DNA from: an uncultured archaeon
GTDB lineage: Archaea; Thermoplasmatota; Thermoplasmata; Thermoplasmatales; Thermoplasmataceae
DNA: 64,000 nucleotides
Reading direction: 5' to 3'
NCBI GenBank assembly: GCA_000965745.1
Contig: CP009479.1
Span: 512,001-576,000, forward strand
Position 1 is the stretch's first letter, and the number at the start of each line of letters is the position of its first letter. Shown here in pieces: positions 59,579-64,000 of this stretch. The notes below the pieces were generated by a model. The model made no database searches and had not been told where the DNA came from. It saw nothing but the letters and a program-made list of their open reading frames with translations. Both the position numbers and the translations under genes were made by a program.

Positions 59579-60013
59579 TCAGTGATTTTCGATCTGTTCC
59601 GCACTGTTGCATTCAGGGCAGAGTCCACGCATGACCAGGTTTGCTCCAGTTATTTTGTAGCTTGCCTCTGAAGAAAGATCTGCAAATCTGCCAGGGTCAA
59701 CCTCCACGTCTATGATCTTCCCACAGCTGTCACATACCAGGTTTCCATGGAACTGCACGTTTGTCTCGAACCATGTCTTGCCGTTCACTTCAAACGAGTT
59801 TATGTTGCCAGACTCCTTGAGAGCCCTAAGTATGTTGTACACTGTGGCCAGTGTGATCGTTGGTTCGCTTTCCTTAACGCTGCTGTAAACATCTTCAGCC
59901 GTGAAATGGTTGTAATTGCCTTTCTCAAGAAAGTTTATGACCTCAAGTCTCTGAGGCGTGATTTTGAAATTTGATTTTCTAAGATTTTCAACATAGGTTT
60001 CCTTCATGCTCAT
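59579..60013 (-). CDS. Fur/PerR family transcriptional regulator
   Basis: ITPQR, HFTAE, LATVYN, CDSCG, GLCPEC. Confidence 0.92.
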   Translation of the reverse strand: MSMKETYVENLRKSNFKITPQRLEVINFLEKGNYNHFTAEDVYSSVKESEPTITLATVYNILRALKESGNINSFEVNGKTWFETNVQFHGNLVCDSCGKIIDVEVDPGRFADLSSEASYKITGANLVMRGLCPECNSAEQIENH

Positions 60014-60084
60014 GATCCGTTATCACTATTCAAACTCGGTTTATAAGATTAATTAATATTTCTAATTAAATCGTAGCAGTTGAA

Positions 60085-61401
60085 TCAATGTGTGGAATAT
60101 GCGAGGATCGTTCTGTACGCTGCCCACAAATCTATTTTGGAGACTGCACTGCAGAAATTTCTGCTAACGGAAACAACGCGAGCCATGTTGACAGCTTCAG
60201 GGATGCTCTTTGAAAATGCGGTTCCAATAGTCCCCCCACTGTGGAATTCATAGTTCTTCGGACTTTTTACGTATGGAATTCCAGCCTTCTCTAGACTGTC
60301 TTCAATTATGCCAAGCAATCGCTGAGACCTGGACGAGCCCCCGGTTGTGCCTATGATTGTTCCCTTACCTATCGGAAGTGGTTTGGCTGGGACTTCCTGA
60401 GAAGTCTTTGACTGTTTGAGCTCGAGATCCGTGACGTTGAGTATTCTGCTGAATTCGAATATATCCTTTACTGCGTTCTCGGATACTTTCTCAACAACTT
60501 TTTTCAGTATCGACTCTGCGACCTTTTCAGTAATCTCTTTGTTGTGATTCTTCCTGCTGCATTCACCTTTTTGAGTGTGGAAAATCACAACAACAGTGTC
60601 CTCAGGCCTTGTAAGGTCGGTGAGCGTTTTTAGTGATGCATAAACCGGCAGCAGCTCCCGGGCTCCGAAACCCTGGATCAGCGATCTGTCCGACCCCATT
60701 TCATTGGGCATGGATGCTGGTACGAGTGACAGCGTGGCGGAGTTCAACTCCTTTTCAGTCATTCCTATGGAATTCAGGAAAGCCTCAGAGTAGTGTGGCT
60801 TCTTGTCTTTGCCTTCAGGGGCAGCAGATCCAACCACGAGATCGTACTGCTTCTTGACCTTTTTGCTCTTTGCAGCCTTTTTTTCTGGAGCTGGCGCAAT
60901 GAAATATCCTGGTTCCTTCCTTGACTCGCCCAGTGTGAATGATCTTCTGGAATTGTCCTTTAAGATTCTAAGTCCGTGAATGGAGACGTCTGTTGACATC
61001 CACTCATCTCTGACATCTTCGTTGAGGGGGGAGAACCTTACGGTTGAAATATCTGATTCCGGAATTAACCCCGGACTTCTGGGGCCCAGTTCAACATTGT
61101 CCAGATCTATGGGGCACCCTATTATGCTTAGGCCCCTCTTCTGTATGTTAGAGGTGCCGAAAACACCTGCGGCAATGCATCCATCATCAAGATCTTCTAT
61201 GAAGCCAAGGCCGGGTGAGGCACTGGAGATCTTCGAAAGGTCAGAAAATCTGAAGTGCAATAATTTCCTGAAAATGTAGTCCTTCACTTCCCACTCAGTC
61301 TTTGTTGTCTTGAGAAAATCCAGAAAACCTTCAGAAATTGAGTGTATCTGGGAAACGCTGTTAAGATCAATTTGTCCCCAGAAGCTCTGAAGGTTTCCCA
61401 T
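60085..61401 (-). CDS. M18 aminopeptidase-like protein with degenerate metal ligands
   Basis: Colinear with M18/ApeA (DFLKTTKTE, GLSIIG, GSDRSLI, GGTIG, SKIDL) but GCPID replaces GAHxD and the DD, EE and MHS motifs are absent. Confidence 0.7.
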   Translation of the reverse strand: MGNLQSFWGQIDLNSVSQIHSISEGFLDFLKTTKTEWEVKDYIFRKLLHFRFSDLSKISSASPGLGFIEDLDDGCIAAGVFGTSNIQKRGLSIIGCPIDLDNVELGPRSPGLIPESDISTVRFSPLNEDVRDEWMSTDVSIHGLRILKDNSRRSFTLGESRKEPGYFIAPAPEKKAAKSKKVKKQYDLVVGSAAPEGKDKKPHYSEAFLNSIGMTEKELNSATLSLVPASMPNEMGSDRSLIQGFGARELLPVYASLKTLTDLTRPEDTVVVIFHTQKGECSRKNHNKEITEKVAESILKKVVEKVSENAVKDIFEFSRILNVTDLELKQSKTSQEVPAKPLPIGKGTIIGTTGGSSRSQRLLGIIEDSLEKAGIPYVKSPKNYEFHSGGTIGTAFSKSIPEAVNMARVVSVSRNFCSAVSKIDLWAAYRTILAYSTH

Positions 61402-61615
61402 GGGTCATTTAGGCTTTGTATTTATTTAAAAGTTTTTGGGTTATACCGGAATTTCACCTTCGACGGAATTTGCCATCCATCCACGTTGAGCTGTTTTCAA
61501 GGGAGTCATGATATGAGGACGTTCTCTCGATACATAAGAAGAAAAGTAGCAATTCATCTTGACAGGACTGTTTTCATTCCGAATCCATGGATCAGCTCTT
61601 AAACTGTTGGTGAGC

Positions 61616-62175
61616 ATGAATGAAAAAATCATATGATCTAGTTGTAATTGGAACCGGCTCGGCCATTATGCCAGCCACATTTTACTGCAGCTCAAATGGC
61701 ATGAGTACAGCTGTGATAGATTCGAAGCGGCTCCAAAGCAACGATAATCCATTGGGGGAGAAGGGTCCTTGAGAATTTTGACGGTAACAAGAGACAAAAG
61801 GGGAGTTCGTTGCAAATGAATATATGCAGAGCATATCCAATGAATCCGTATATTCTGCAGGGGACACTCTACGGTGGGAATGAAACTTACGCCTGTTGCA
61901 AATATAGAAGGGGACGCCGCCGCCTTCAATACCGCCAATAGGAACAACAGAAAGATTGATTACAGTGCAATACCGACGGTTGTTTTCTCCCTCCCTCCTC
62001 TGGTCATGGTGGGTGACACCGAGGAGGAAGACAGAAAGAAGGGGAGGGTGTTCATGGTAAACCCGGAGGATTCGTCCTCCTGGTACAATTCCAGGAGAAA
62101 GAGGCATAATCATTCATGAAACAAGATTCTGATTGACGAAGAGACCTCTAAAATCATTGGTGCACACATATTCCC
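61616..62175 (+). pseudogene. Decayed pyridine nucleotide-disulfide oxidoreductase (glutathione/mercuric reductase-like)
   Basis: Fragments YDLVVIGTGSA, NEYMQSISNESVYSAGD, LTPVANIEG...DYSAIPTVVFSLPPL..VG, KILIDEETSKIIGAH across frames, with stops and a large deletion. Confidence 0.85.
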
Positions 62176-62192
62176 GGCAATTCAGAAGCATC

Positions 62193-63098
62193 CTACTGCG
62201 AAAGTATCGACTTCAATGCGGTCTCAAGTTCAGGGTATTCAAAACTGAAACCCGAGTCCTGCAGTTTTTTACTCGACACCCTCTGGCTTGTAAGCAGAAG
62301 ATAGTCTGCCATTTCCCCCAGCATACCTTTGAGTATTGCTGCCGGAGCAGGCAGCCTGGCTTTTTTCCCAATAGCTCTTGCCACGGTCTGCATGAATTCC
62401 TTATTGACAACCGGTGAAGGAGCAGAGAGGTTAACAGGCCCGTGAATAGAACCTTTCAGAAGGAAACTCATTGCCCTTGAGACGTCATGACCGTGTATCC
62501 AGGACATCCACTGTTTGCCGCTTCCAAGCCTTGAGCCGATTCCCCTTCTCAAGGGCGCCACTATCTGAGGGAGCGCTCCCTCATTTGAGTCAAGGACTAT
62601 GGATGTCCTTGTGGCAATTACCCGCAAGCCGTAATCCTGAGCCTTGAATGCCTCATTCTCCCAATTTACGCAGAGCCTGGCAAAGAAGTCATCTCCGGGA
62701 TCAGAGTCCTCCGTCAGGACTTCGTCTCCCCTGGACCCGTAATATCCTATTGCGGAAGCATTGATGAGTACTTCAGGTGCATCATCCATATTCCTTATTC
62801 CCTCCACAATTGACTTTGTAGAATCAATCCTGCTGTTATCTATGGCTCTCTTGACCTCCTCATTCCATTTGTCAGAAATGGATCTGCCGCTCAAGTTGAA
62901 TACCGCATCAATCTTTCCGGTTCTCTTTACCCAGGACATGTCATCTTGCTTTCCAGACCATTTTACATATGTTGCAATGTTGCCCGAATTGGAATTTTCA
63001 GACCTTGTCAGTACGACTATCTCGTTCCCGTCTTTGGACAAAGTCTCGGTCAGCCTCTTTCCGATAAGCCCGGTTCCCCCTGCAATGAGAATTCTCAT
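62193..63098 (-). CDS. TIGR01777-family NAD-dependent epimerase
   Basis: IAGGTGLIG, NLSG, SRI, NASAIGYYG, GSGKQWMSWIH, C-terminal DUF1731-like region. Confidence 0.92.
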   Translation of the reverse strand: MRILIAGGTGLIGKRLTETLSKDGNEIVVLTRSENSNSGNIATYVKWSGKQDDMSWVKRTGKIDAVFNLSGRSISDKWNEEVKRAIDNSRIDSTKSIVEGIRNMDDAPEVLINASAIGYYGSRGDEVLTEDSDPGDDFFARLCVNWENEAFKAQDYGLRVIATRTSIVLDSNEGALPQIVAPLRRGIGSRLGSGKQWMSWIHGHDVSRAMSFLLKGSIHGPVNLSAPSPVVNKEFMQTVARAIGKKARLPAPAAILKGMLGEMADYLLLTSQRVSSKKLQDSGFSFEYPELETALKSILSQ

Positions 63099-63476
63099 AA
63101 AGCTTCGATCAAATATACCACACATTGCATAATAATTTTTTCCGTGGGGCTGGATAGTTATTGTGCAAGGTTATTGTGGGTGCTTGCTTCATTCAAACCA
63201 AAGCCTGTAAATCCTTGCTCCATTTCCCAATTCATCATTTTCCGTCTCCGAATTTAATCAAACCTCCTGCCAAGCGGTTTGTTTAATAACAGCTAACATG
63301 AGTAGAGTTGAAGCGATTTTAAGAGCAGAGGACCCAGTAATTGATCGCTGTTATGTTCATGTTTCTTTTTGTACAGGATATTTTGTCAACTTTCAGAGAT
63401 GTAACAAAGATTCCTGTTCTGTTATAAGAAAACGTTCACTTTTAATACAGAAAGACTAACTTGAATGTGGTGAGAA

Positions 63477-64000
63477 ATGAAGAAAAGAGATTTTTTGAAA
63501 AATTTGGCAGTATTTGCAAAAGGTAGAACAAGAAAATTCTGGGTTGCGATCATAGTGATACTTATGAGCGGAAGCGCTACAGCAGCTGTAATGGCATGGG
63601 AACACCCAAGCAATTTCAACTTAACGAGTTCTCATGCAAGTGTTGCTTTTGAGACAGTCGTAACCGGCATATCCACGAATGCCAATCAGACCCCGCTGTC
63701 GATTAACGGGCACAACTACAACCTTGATAACGTGATCAACTTCAACTATATCAGCCATGGAAATGGAGGAATGGCCTCAAATGTGAACCTTCAGACAGGG
63801 AATTTCCTCCCGGGTGACTATGTGCAGTTTCAGGTAACTGTAACAAACACAGGCGGAACTACCCTGCTTCTTAATTCAACGGACAACAACTATACATACT
63901 CAAACTACTTTGTCAACTCACAGGGGCAGTACATTAACTCTCCAGATCAGCAGCTCTATGGAAACGGTTACAACAACTCAAGTTCCCCAATGAACTATAC
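63477..64000 (+). CDS. Secreted TasA/bundling-pilin-like surface protein, partial (runs off window)
   Basis: Manual translation MKKRDFLK...KFWVAIIVILMSGSATAAVMAW...NFLPGDYVQFQVTVTNTGG; open to window end. Confidence 0.6.
   Translation, partial: MKKRDFLKNLAVFAKGRTRKFWVAIIVILMSGSATAAVMAWEHPSNFNLTSSHASVAFETVVTGISTNANQTPLSINGHNYNLDNVINFNYISHGNGGMASNVNLQTGNFLPGDYVQFQVTVTNTGGTTLLLNSTDNNYTYSNYFVNSQGQYINSPDQQLYGNGYNNSSSPMNY

Noticed and set aside
1-64000. CRISPR array, rRNA/tRNA genes, PolB intein, prophage
   Set aside because: No spaced repeats, cloverleaf or rRNA signatures seen by eye; PolB motifs are contiguous; no viral genes

Overview
Archaeal chromosomal window, most likely Thermoplasmatales (inferred from tricorn-interacting M1 aminopeptidases, archaeal RadA/PolB/TgtA/ABCE1, geranylgeranyl reductase, TATA-like boxes just upstream of many starts). 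It holds housekeeping and peptide-scavenging genes, a ~21-kb CoA-dependent catabolic island (split xanthine-dehydrogenase-family Mo enzyme, two acyl-CoA dehydrogenases, atypical hydratase, Cys-less thiolase-fold enzyme + DUF35, cyclodeaminase-family enzyme, transporters) and a dsrE-tusA-sqr sulfur operon. Three mobile elements are readable from sequence: an intact ISL3 (TIRs + 8-bp TSD), a ~270-bp non-autonomous IS200/IS605 (TnpB-derived) element, and an IS110 whose non-coding end folds as a bridge RNA with a 10/10-nt guide match to its own insertion flank. The most novel-looking signal is a ~215-nt intergenic structured RNA candidate (19598-19815, + strand) with its own TATA-like box, a long G-U-supported rod, an 8-bp pseudoknot and anti-Shine-Dalgarno-like loops, lying divergent to an operon encoding a CBS-HPF ribosome-hibernation-type factor. 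No rRNA, tRNA or CRISPR array was seen. All folds and family calls were made by eye, without computation.
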